Assembly (NCBI RefSeq): GCF_035084215.1
Contig: NC_090340.1
Coordinates: 5,766,001 to 5,830,000, forward strand
Direction of reading: 5' to 3'
DNA from: Heptranchias perlo
Taxonomy: Eukaryota
DNA length: 64,000 bases
The notes below the pieces were generated by a model. That model had not been told where the DNA came from, searched no databases, and worked only from the letters and a program-made list of their open reading frames with translations. The stretch's first letter is position 1. Each line of letters opens with the position of its first letter. The translations under genes were made by a program, and so were the position numbers. Below are positions 11,270-22,259 of the stretch, in pieces.

Positions 11270-13617
11270 CATTATTTTTCTTATTTGTTTATAGGATGTG
11301 GGCATCGCTGGCGAGGCCAGCGTTTATTGCCCATACCTAATTGCCCTTGAGAAGGTGGTGGTGCGCCGCCTTCTTGAACCGCTGCAGTCCGTGTGGTAAA
11401 CGTTCTCGGGCAATGCTTTTAGGAAGGGAGTTCCAAGATTTTGACCCAGTGACAATGAAGGAATGGTGATATATTTCCAAGTCGGGGTGGTGTGCGACTT
11501 GGAGGGGAACGTGCAGGTGGTTTTGTTTCCATGTGCCTGCTGGAGGGAAGGTCATTGGTGAAGCAGCTGAAGATGGGTGGGCCTAGGACACTGCCCTGAG
11601 GAACTCCTGCAGCAATGTCCTGGGGCTGAGATGATTGGCCTCCAACAACCACTACCATCTTCCTTTGTGCTAGGTATGACTCCAGCCACTGGAGAGTTAT
11701 CTCCCTGATTCCCAATGACTTCAATTTTACTAGGGCTCCTTGGTGCCACGCTCGGTCAAATGCTGCCTTAATGTCAAGGTCAGTCACTCTCACTTCACCT
11801 CTGGAATTCAGCTCTTTTGTCCATGTCTGCACCAAGGCTGTAAAGAGGTCTGGAGCCGAGTGGTCCTGGCGGAACCTAAACTGAGCATCGGTGAGCAGGT
11901 TATTCGTGAGTAAGTGCTGCTTGATAGCACTGTCGACGACACCCTTCCAACAATTTGCTGATGATTGAGAGTAGACTGATGGGGTGGTAATTGACCAGAT
12001 TGGATTTGTCCTGCTTTTTGTGGACAGGACATACCTAGGTAATTCTCCACATTGTCGGGTAGATGCCAGTGTGGTAGCTGTACTGGAACAGCTTGGCTAG
12101 AGGCGCAGCTAGTTCTGGAGCACAAGCCTTCAGCACTGCAGCCGGGATGTTGTCAGGACCCATTGCCCTTGCTGTATCCAGTGCACTCGGCCATCTCTTG
12201 ATATCACGTGGAGTGAATCGAATTGGCTGAAGACTGGCTTCTGTGATGGTGGGGATACCGGGAGGAGGCCGAAATTGATCATCCACTCGGCACTTCTGGC
12301 TGAAGATAGTTGCAAACACTTCAGCCTTGTCTTTTGTACTCACGTGCTGGACTCCACCACCATTGAGGATGGGGATGTTTGCAGAGCCACCTCTTCCCGT
12401 TAGTTGTTTAATTGTCCACCACCATTCACGGCTGGATGTGGCAGGATTGCAGCGCTTCGATCTGATACGTTGGTTGTGGAATCGCTTAGCTCTGTCTATA
12501 GCATGTTGCTTCCGCTGTTCAGCATGCATGCAGTCCTGAGGTGTAGCTTCACCGGGTTGGCACCTCATTTTTCGGTACGCCTGGTGCTGCTCCTGGCATG
12601 CTCTTCTACACTCGTCATTGAACCAGGGTTAATCCCCTGGCTTGTTGGTAATGGTGGAGTGAGAAATATGCTGGGCCAAGAGGTTACAGATTGTGCTGGA
12701 ATACAATTCTGCTGCAGCTGATGGCCCACAGCGCTTCATGGATGCCCAGTTTTGAGCTGCTAGATCTGTTCTGAATCTATCCCATTTGGCACGGTGATAG
12801 TGCACACAACACGTTGGACGGTGTCCTCCGTGCGGAGACGGGACTTCGACTCCACGAGGACTGTGCGGTGGTCACTCCAACCAATACTGACATGGACAAA
12901 TGCATTTGCGACAGGTAGATTGGTGAGGATGAGGTCAAATAAGTTTCTCCCTTGTGTTGGTTCGCTCACCACCTGCCGCAGGCCCAGTCTGGCAGCTATT
13001 TCCTTCAGGACTCGGCCAGTTCGGTCAGTAGTGGTGCTACCGAGCCACTTTTGGTGATGGACATTAAAGTCCCCCAACTAGAGTACATTCTGTGCCCTTT
13101 CAACCCTCAGTGCTTCCTGCAAGTGGAGTTCAATATGGAAGAGGACTGATTCATCAGCTGAGGGAGGACGTAGTTGGTTATCAGCAGAAGCTTTCATTGC
13201 CCATGTTTGATCTGATGCCATGATATTTCATGGGGTCCAGAGTCAATGCTGAGGACTCCAAGAGCTACTACCTCCTGACTTTATATCACTGTACCGCCAC
13301 CTCTGGTCGGTCTTGCCTGCCGGTGGGGCAGGACATACCCAGGGATGGTGATGGAAGAGTCTGGGTCGTTGGCTGAAAGGTATGATTCTGTGAGTATGGC
13401 TATATCAGGCTGTTGCTTGGCTAGTCTGGGGACAGCATTCCCAATTTTGGCACAAATCCTCAGATGTTAGTGAGGATGATTTTGCAGGGTCGATGCCGGG
13501 TGGTCCGTCCGGTTTTATTCTTATTATGAATTTCCTGCGAGATTGTACAATTTAGTGGCTTCCTGGCCATTTTAGAGGGCAATTAAGAATCAACCACATT
13601 ACTGTTGGTCTGGAGAG
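11270..13617 (-). mobile_element. Second-family CR1-group LINE nested inside CR1 copy 1
   Basis: MGDFNVHHQKWLGS (APE), MGPDNIPAAVLK, DIKAAFDRAWH, GVPQGSVLGP. It splits the host motif QSQHG|FMKG and lacks ~660 bp at ~11542 relative to the 26-27.8 kb copy. Confidence 0.9.
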
Positions 13618-14885
13618 TTTTATGAAAGGGAAATCATGCTTAGCAAATCTACTGGAGTTTTTTGAGGTTGTAACTAGTAAATTAGATAGGGGAGAACCAG
13701 TTGATGTTGTTTATTTGGATTTTCAGAAGGCTTTTGATAAGGTCCCACACAAGAGGTTAGTGTGCAAAATTAAAGCAGGTGGGATTGGGGGAATATATTG
13801 GCATGGATTGAGAATTGGTTGACAGACAGGAAACAGAGAGTAGGAATAAACGGGTCTTTGTCCAGGTGGCACGGAATGACTAGTGGGGTACTGCAGGGAT
13901 CAGTGCTTGTGCCCCAGCTATTCACAATACATATCAATGATTTGAATGAGGGAACTAAATGTAACATTTCCAAGTTTGCAGACGACACAAAGCTGCGGTG
14001 GAATGTGAGCTGTGAGGAGGATGCAAAGAGGCTCCAATGTGATTTAGACAAGTTGGGTGAGTGGGCAAGAATATGGCAGATGCAGTATAACATGGATAAA
14101 TGTGAGGTTATCCACTTTGGTTGTAAAAACAGAAAGGCAGATTATTATCTGAATGGTGATAGTTTGGGAAAGGGCGAGTTGCAACGAGACCTGGGTGTCC
14201 TTCTACACCAGTCGCTGAATCGAGCATTCAGTTGCAGCAAGCAGTTAGGAAGGCGAATGGTATGTTGGCCTTCATTGCAAGAGGATTTGAGTGCAGGAGA
14301 TGGGATGTCTTACTACAGTTAAACAGGGCCTTGGTGCTACCACATCTGGCGTATTTTGTGCCGTTTTGGTCTCCTTATCTGAGGAAGGATGCCCTTGCCT
14401 TGGAGAGAGTTCAGCAGAGATTTACCAGACAGATTGCTGGGATGGCAGGACTGACGTATGAGGAGAGATTTGGTCGACCAGGCCTATATTCACCAGAGTT
14501 TAGAAGAATGAGAGGTGATCTCATGGAAACATGTAAAATTCTGACAGGACTAGACCGACTAGATGCAGGGAGGATGTTCCCGATGGCTGTAGAGTGCAGA
14601 ACCAGGGGTCACAGCCTCAGGATACAGGGTATGCCATTTAGAAACGAGATGAGGAGAATTTTCTTCACTCAGAGAGTGGTGAACCACAGAAGGCCGTGGA
14701 GGCCAATTCATTAGATGTATTCAAGAAGGAGATGGATATATTTCTTAATGCTAAAGGGATCAAAGAACACGGGGAAAAGTGGGAACATATTGCTGAGTTA
14801 GACGATCATCCATGATGATTTTGAATGGCGGAGCAGGCCCGAGGGGCCGAATGGCTCCTATTTTCTATGTTTCTATGCTTCTGTG
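13618..14885 (+). mobile_element. CR1 copy 1, 3' part (RT and 3' tail)
   Basis: MKGKSCLANLLEFF, YLDFQKAFDKVPH, KFADDTK and a TTTCTATG-type tail. Confidence 0.92.
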
Positions 14886-15725
14886 TCAAACAAGATCCTA
14901 GACAGTGAACCTTGGTAGACTGATCAATCGTTGGTTATATCAGTGCCCAGTCGTGATCAATTAACTCAGCACAAATCATAAAGTTTAAAGTTTAAATTTT
15001 TAAGTTTCTGTCAGGCTTCAGCAGAGAGAGCTGCTGCAGCAAGCTAATTGGTTAGCTAGATTAAACTGGTACCTGAAGGTGGGGCAGGCCTGACTCATCT
15101 GAGTCACAAACTGTAGAAATACAGGGGCCTGTCAGTGTGACAGCACGGTGTGCGGACAACACAGTGTGAACTGAGAGTTTGGTACATGTGGGAGTTTAAG
15201 GGTTAATCTCTTTAAAATTTAGTGCATATTGCTTTCAACTGTTTAACTCAATTGCTATCAATTGTTTAAGTTCAATTTTAAAGTTGAAATTTTTAAGTTT
15301 CTGTCAGACTTCAGCAGAGAGAGCTGCTGTAGCAAGTTAATTGGTTAGCTAGATTAAACTGGCACCTGAAGGTGGGGCAGAACTGACTCATCTGAGTCAC
15401 AAACTATAGAAATACAGGGGCCTGTCAGTGCGACAGCACAGTGTGCGGACAACACAGTGTGAACTGAGAGTTTGGTACGTGTGGGAGTTCGGTGAAGTGG
15501 GGGAAGGAGGTGCTGCTTTGCCTTGCTTTTCCTAACTTTTTCCCCAGAGCGGCAGTGGACCTGAGAGTAGAAAACTGAGATTGGGGAATAAAAGTAGCAG
15601 CAGACCTGCAACAAGAGACAACTACTGTGCGACGTCACAGGTGATGCAGGAGAGTCCGAGAGGTGAGCACAGTATAAAAGGAGAGACCTAGAGCGGGAGG
15701 AGAGTCTGACAGTCCAAGGCAATTC

Positions 15726-16700
15726 ATGGCAGCACAGCTCGCAACGGTGGTATGCTCCTCCTGCACTATGTGGGAAGTCACGGGCACTACCAGTGTCCCT
15801 GGCGACCATGTGTGCAGGAAGTATGTCCAGCTGCAGCTTCTGGCTAACCGTCTTTCGGAGCTGGAGCTGCGGGTGGATTCACTGTGGAGCATCCGCGATG
15901 CTGAGAATATAGTGGATAGCACGTTCAGTGAGGTGGTCACACCGCAGGTAAAGGTTACGCAGGCAGAAAGGAATTGGGTGACCGCCAGGCAGAGTAAAAT
16001 GACTAGGCAGGTAGAGCTGGAGTCTCCTGGGGCCATCTCCCTCTCAAACAGATATTCTGCTTTAGATACTGTTGGGGGAGATGGCTTATCAGGGGAAAGC
16101 AGCAAGAGCCAGGTTCGGGGCACCACGGGTGGCTCTGCTGCACAGGAGGGGAGGAAGAAGAGTGGCAGGGCTATAGTGATAGGGGATTCAATTGTAAGGG
16201 GAACAGATAGGCGTTTCTGCTGCCGCAAACGTGACTCCAGGATGGTATTTTGCATCCCTGGATCTCGGGTCAAGGATGTAACGGAGCGGCTGCATGGAAT
16301 TCTGGAGGAGGAGGGTGAACAGCCAGTAGTCGTGGTCCATATTGGTACCAACGACATAGGTAAAAAAAGGGGTGGGGTCCTGCAAGGTGAATTTAAGGAG
16401 TTATGAGATAAATTAAAAAGCAGGACTTCAAAGGTAGTGATCTCATAATTACTACCGGTGCCACGTGCTAGTGAGTATAGGAACAGGAGAATAGACAGGA
16501 TGAATGCGTGGCTGCAGGGATGGTGTAGGAGGGAGGGATTTAGATTCCTGGGACATTGGGACTGGTTCTGGGGAAGTTGGGACCTGTACAAGCGGGACGG
16601 GTTACACCCGAGCAGGACCGGGACCAATGTCCTCGCGGGGGTGTTTGCTAGTGCTGTTGGGGAAGGTTTAAACTTGAGTGGCAGGGGGATGGGAACCTGA
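15726..16700 (+). pseudogene. CR1 ORF1 (CCCC zinc finger, leucine zipper, SGNH/GDSL esterase), interrupted by stops
   Basis: CSSCTMWE..CRK, VIGDSIVRG (GDS catalytic block), HIGTND, DGLH; in-frame stop at 16404-16406. Confidence 0.9.
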
Positions 16701-16846
16701 GCGGGGAGTCAGAAGGGAATAAAGTTGAGAGCAGCAAGAGAGGGGAAGACCCAGGGGAAATCTACAATACAAATAGTACAAACAGTTGTTCAAGAACAAG
16801 TAAAAGGGAAAAGCGTAGAACAGCGGAATGAAAGTGTACTTTAGTC

Positions 16847-19818
16847 ATGACAGATAAAATAAAAACTAGAAGGCGTAAGGCGATTAACCCAGCATCAAAG
16901 CTGTGGCAGGGGGTTGGGAACCTGAGCAGGGAGACAGGGGAAAGCGTGTCAGGAAGGGACAGAAAGTATGGAGTAAAAGGTAAAGTGTTAAAAAAGGAAA
17001 AAGCAGGAACTAAGTGTCTCAAAACATATTTGAAAGTTCTTTATCTGAATGCACGTAGCATTCGTAACAAAATGGACAAGTTAACGGCACAAATAACGAC
17101 GTATGGGTATGATCTTGTGGCCATTACAGACATATGGCTGCAGGGTGACAACGACTGGAAATTAAATATGTCAGGTTATTTAACAATCAGGAAGGACAGG
17201 CAGGAAGGAAGGGGAGGTGGGGTGGCTATGTTAATAAAGGAAGGAATCACTGTAATACAGAGAAATGATATTGGGACAAAGGATGGGGACAAAGAAACAG
17301 TTTGGGTAGAGATAAGGGGAAAAAACACTAGTGGGCATAGTATATAGGCCTCCTAATAGTTGCAACTCTGCTGGAAGAAGTATTAATCAGGAAATAGTCG
17401 GGGCATGTAAGAAGGGGACAGCTATAATTATGGGGGATTTTACCTATCATATCAACTGGACAAATCAAATTGGGCAGGGCAGCCTTGAGGAAGAGTTTAT
17501 TGAGTGTATTAGGGATGGATTTCTTGAGCAGTATGGAACTGATACTACAAGGGGGCAGGCAACCTTAGACCTGGTCCTGTGTAATGAGCCAGGATTAATT
17601 AATAATGTCCTAGTTAAGGATCCCCTTGGAATGAGTGACCATAACATGGTTACATTCCATATCCAATTAGAGTGTGAGAAGGTAGGTTCTCAAACAAGCG
17701 TACTGAGCTTGAACAACGTAGACTATGATGGTATGAAAGCGGAATTGATTAAAGTGGACTGGGAAAATAGATTAAAGTGTAAGAGCAGTGGTGTTCATTC
17801 AAGGAGTTATTTTACAACTTTCAGAAAATATATATTCCACTGAGGAAAAAAGGGTGTAAAAGAAATGACAGCGATCCGTGGCTAAGTAAAGAAATTATGG
17901 ATAGTATCCAACTAAAAACAAGGACATATAAGGTAGCCAAACTTAGTGGGAGGATAGAAGATTGGGAAGTCTTCAAAAGACAGCAAAACGTAACGAAAAG
18001 ATTGTTTAAGAAAGGGAAGATAGATTATGAAAATAAATTAGCAAAAAATATTAAAACAGATAGGAACAATTTCTATAGTTATATAAAAAGAAAAAGGGTG
18101 GCTAAGGCAAACGCAGGTCCCTTAGAGGACGAGACCGGGAAATTAATGGTGGGAAACATGGAGATGGCAAAAATGCTGAACAAATGTTTTGTTTCAGTCT
18201 TTACGGTAGAGGACACTTAGAATATCCCAACACTGCACAAACAGGGGATCTATCGGGGGAGGAGCTAAATACGATTACAATCACTAAGGAATTGCTACTC
18301 AGTAAATTAATGGGACTCAAGGCGGATAAATCCCCTGGACCTGATGGCTTACATCCTAGGGTCTTGAGGGAAGTGGCAGTAGGGATTGTGGATGCTTTGG
18401 TAATAATTTTCCAAAATTCTCTGGACTCGGCAAAGGTCCTGGCAGATTGGAAAACTGCTAATGTAGCACCCTTATTTAAAAAGGGTAGCAGGCAGAAGGC
18501 TGGAAATTGTAGACCAGTTAGCCTAATATCTGTGGTGGGTAAAATGTTGGAGTCTATTATTAAGGAGGCAGTAGCAGATCATTTGGATAAACAGAATTTA
18601 ATAGGACAAAGTCAGTATGGCTTTATGAAGGGGTAGTCATGTCTGACAAATTTGCTTGAGTTCTTTGAGGACATAACGTATAGGGTGGATAAAGGGGAAC
18701 TAGTGGACGTAGTGTATTTAGAATTCCAGAAGGCATTCGACAAGGTGCCACATAAAAGATTATTGCTCAAGATAAAGAATCACTGGATTTGGGGTAATAT
18801 TCTGGCATGGGTGGAGGATTGGTTATCTAACAGGAAGCACAGAGTTGGGATAAATGGTTCATTCTCGGACTGGCAACCAGTAGCCAGTGGTGTTCCGCAG
18901 GGGTCAGTGCTGGGTCTCCAAATCTTTACAATCTATATTAACGATTTGGAGGAGGGGACCGAGTGTAACATATCAAAGTTTGCTGATGATACAAAGATGG
19001 GAGGGAAAGTAGAGAGTGAGGAGGACATAAAAAATCTACAAGGGGATATAGACAGGCTGGGTGAGTGGGCGGAGATTTGGCAGATGCAATACAATATTGG
19101 AAAATGTGAGGTTATGCACTTTGGCAGGAAAAATCAGAGAGCAAGTTATTATCTTAATGGTGAGAAACTGGAAAGTACTGCAGTACAAAGGGATCTGGGG
19201 GTCCGAGTGCAAGAAAATCAAAAAGTTAGTATGCAGGTGCAGCAGGTGATCAAGAAGGCCAACGGAATGTTGGCTTTTATTGCTAGGGGGATAGAATAAA
19301 AAAACAGGGAAGTATTGCTGCAGTTATATAAGGTATTGGTGAGGCCACACCATGAATACTGCATACAGTTTTGGTGTCCATACTTAAGAAAAGACATACT
19401 TGCTCTCGAGGCAGTACAAAGAAGGTTCACTCAGTTAATCCCGGGGATGAGGTGGTGGACATATGAGGAGAGGTTGAGTAGATTGGGACTCTACTCATTG
19501 GAGTTCAGAAGAATGAGAGGCGATCTTATTGAAACATATAAGATTGTGAAGGGGCTTGATCGGGTGGATGCGGTAAGGATGTTCCCAAGGATGGGTGAAA
19601 CTAGAACTAGGGGGCATAATCTTAGAATAAGGGTCTGCTCTTTCAAAACTGAGATGAGGAGAAACTTCTTCACTCAGAGGGTGGTAGGTCTGTGGAATTT
19701 GCTGCCCCAGGAAGCTGTGGAAGCTAGATCATTAAACAAATTCAAAACCGAAATAGACAGTTTCCTAGAAGTAAAGGGAATTAGGGGTTACGGGGAGCGG
19801 GCAGGAAATTGGACATGA
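16847..19818 (+). pseudogene. CR1 ORF2 (APE endonuclease plus reverse transcriptase), disrupted
   Basis: YLNARSIRNK, IVYRPP, SDH, KSPGPDG, FQKAFDKVPH, GVPQGSVLG, KFADDTK and RGH motifs spread over several ORF pieces. Confidence 0.92.
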
Positions 19819-21664
19819 ATTTAAATTTGATGTTGGGATCAGATCAGCCATGATCTTACTGAATGGCGGAGCAGGCTCGAGGGGCCGATTGGCCTATTCC
19901 TGCTCCTATTATTTATGTTCTTATGTTCTTATAAATTTTAAAAGGAGCTTCGTTTTCTGCACAGTTCAGTACCACACTGTACATTCACCATATGAGCTTT
20001 CAGCCGGTGAGTAAAACTTATTCTAATATTTCTTCCCTCATTGTTTGAAGAGTAAGCGATGTCACCTTTCGGGTTGGGAACGCACCTCTGTCAGTTTTCG
20101 ATCAACTGGAAGCATTTTTATTACAACTCTTGTTTGCATTGAACCTTATTTTCTGGGAAACATCATGAAACTGCATTACATTGTAAGGAAGTTCTGGTTT
20201 GCACGGTGGTTAAGTGCCCCACTGTTTCGGCACTGGGATATTAGTTCAAACTCAACCCCGACTAACGGGATCAAAATCCCATCCTTCTGTCCGTTGGTGC
20301 ATCCCAGGGAAATAAGTTACAGTACACGAAGGTGCCCAGAATTCAGCAATATAATGACACTATCCTGCCAATATTTTTCCAAAATGATCATTGGGACCGT
20401 AAGTATGATAGGGGATGATAGAATCTGTGAAGGAAACGTTCCAAGTAAAATCGAAGACAATGATAATTCAGTGTCAGCTAATTGTTAGCTGAACGTAGCC
20501 ATATTTTGAATTAGACACATAAAGGATATCTTTCATGCGGCGTACTTAACATGTCTCCACAATTAAATAACATTTCCAATTCGAGCAAAGTGTTTTCCGT
20601 TTCCCACTGATGGAAAGCTGGCAGTGGAACTCCAGACTCAGCCCAGCGATTGGAATCGGCAGTGTACTAAAGCGAGACTGTTGAGGTTCTTTCCACTGGG
20701 CTGGGGTGATTAATCCCATGACAAGTTGTTTGGATTTTGCACATAATGCGACAGTCCAACCTACTATGAAAGGCGGTTTATTAGGCTACGTGAGAACTTT
20801 AAAAAAAGCTCACAAGGTGAGCTGACCACCGCCATTTTTGAATATAAAAATTACACCTGGAGCTCAAAACTGCATATATTACCGAGCACGCATGAGCAAA
20901 CATCGCCTATACTCAGTACTTCGGAATAGCTGTACTCTAATCTCCAAGCTACAATACCACAAGATGCGGGGGGCGGGGTCATCACTTTACTATTGCACCG
21001 TTTAATGTTCTCACGTAATTAATTTGAACGCTGTTTTAACGGTGCGCTGGACACAATTGAAATAGCCTTGCTAACAGTTGTATAAAAATATCCCACAAAT
21101 AAGTTCAGGCCAACGCAATACCTGGAGCACTATGACAAGCAGTTAATTACCATAAACAGCACATTGTGAAAAATGCAGAATGTGAAATCAATCCAACCTT
21201 TTGACAATAATCTAAATTGGAGATTGAAAAAGTTAAGAGAAATAATTTTTCCCCTAATAATCTAACTTGTCCTAAACCACCGTCGAATTGAACCGTTCTA
21301 GTTCTACTTCCCTCCACTGTTGTGAACGATGGAGAACTATTCATTTGGAATACATGGGGAACTGCTTGACCTAACCGTTGTTAACACGATCTTATTTTAG
21401 TAAATAACACTGCTCCCTAAGCAATGGCGACCACCAATTTGGAGAGAAAGCAAAGTGCTTGCAACAAAATAAACTGCGCTTATATCCAAACAGTATACTG
21501 CAGTACATGTCAACAAAGCACTGAAGTTAACTTTGACATGATTGCGTACCACGGTTGGGAGCCCTTGAAAATCGTCTGTCGCTGTCACAAGGAATTAATG
21601 CAACAGGGAACCGCCTCAACTCTCACATGTTTAATATACTTTCGGAATTATCAATAATCTCATC

Positions 21665-22250
21665 GGAGCATGGGAACAGGAGTTGGCCATTCAGCCCCGC
21701 GACCCTTTTCCACGATTCCATTAGATCGTAGCTAATCTCTACTTTCAGCCCAATTAGCCGCATTTGCTCCATACGCTTTGATATTCTTACATAACTGAAA
21801 TCAATCGATCTCAGTCTTGAAAATTTGAATTGACCAAGCATCCACAACATTTTGCGAGATCGATTTTCAGATTTCTACTTACTTAGAACGCTTGACAGGG
21901 TAAGTACTGAGAGGTTGTTTCCCCTGGCTGGAGAGGCTAGAGCTTGGGGTCATAGTCTCAAGATAAGGAGTCAGCCATTTACGACCAAGATGAGGAAAAC
22001 ATTCTTCACTCAAAGGGTTGTGAATCTTTGGAACTCACTACCCCAGAGGGCTGTTAATGGTCAGTCGTTGAATATATCCAAGACTGAGATCTACAGATTT
22101 TTGGACACTACGGAAATCAAGGGATATGTGGATTCGGCGAGAAGGTAGAGTTGAGATCGAAAATCAGACATGATCTTATTGAATGGCGGAACAGGCTCGA
22201 GGGACCGTATCGTCTACTCCTCCATCTAGTTCTTCTGTTCTTGTGTTCTT
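21665..22250. mobile_element. Two CR1 3' fragments in opposite orientations (minus ~21665-21870, plus ~21885-22250)
   Basis: ERLFPLAGEARAWGHSLKIR...FFTQRVVNLWNSLP on +; reverse-complement 3' UTR on -. Confidence 0.75.
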
Positions 22251-22259
22251 ATGGTTCCT

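Larger units (their letters stand above)
14981..19932 (+). mobile_element. Near full-length CR1 copy 2 (~4.95 kb) with duplicated 5' monomer
   Basis: 5' repeat with 293-bp period, ORF1, ORF2 (APE-RT) and a (TTATGTTC)n tail; several stops and frameshifts. Confidence 0.95.

Noticed and set aside
15160-15459. CACAGTG heptamers as recombination signal sequences
   Set aside because: No ACAAAAACC-like nonamer at 12 or 23 nt, and they lie inside the CR1 5' monomer.
20195-20262. tRNA gene
   Set aside because: Only degenerate A/B-box-like motifs and no convincing cloverleaf; at most an old SINE head.
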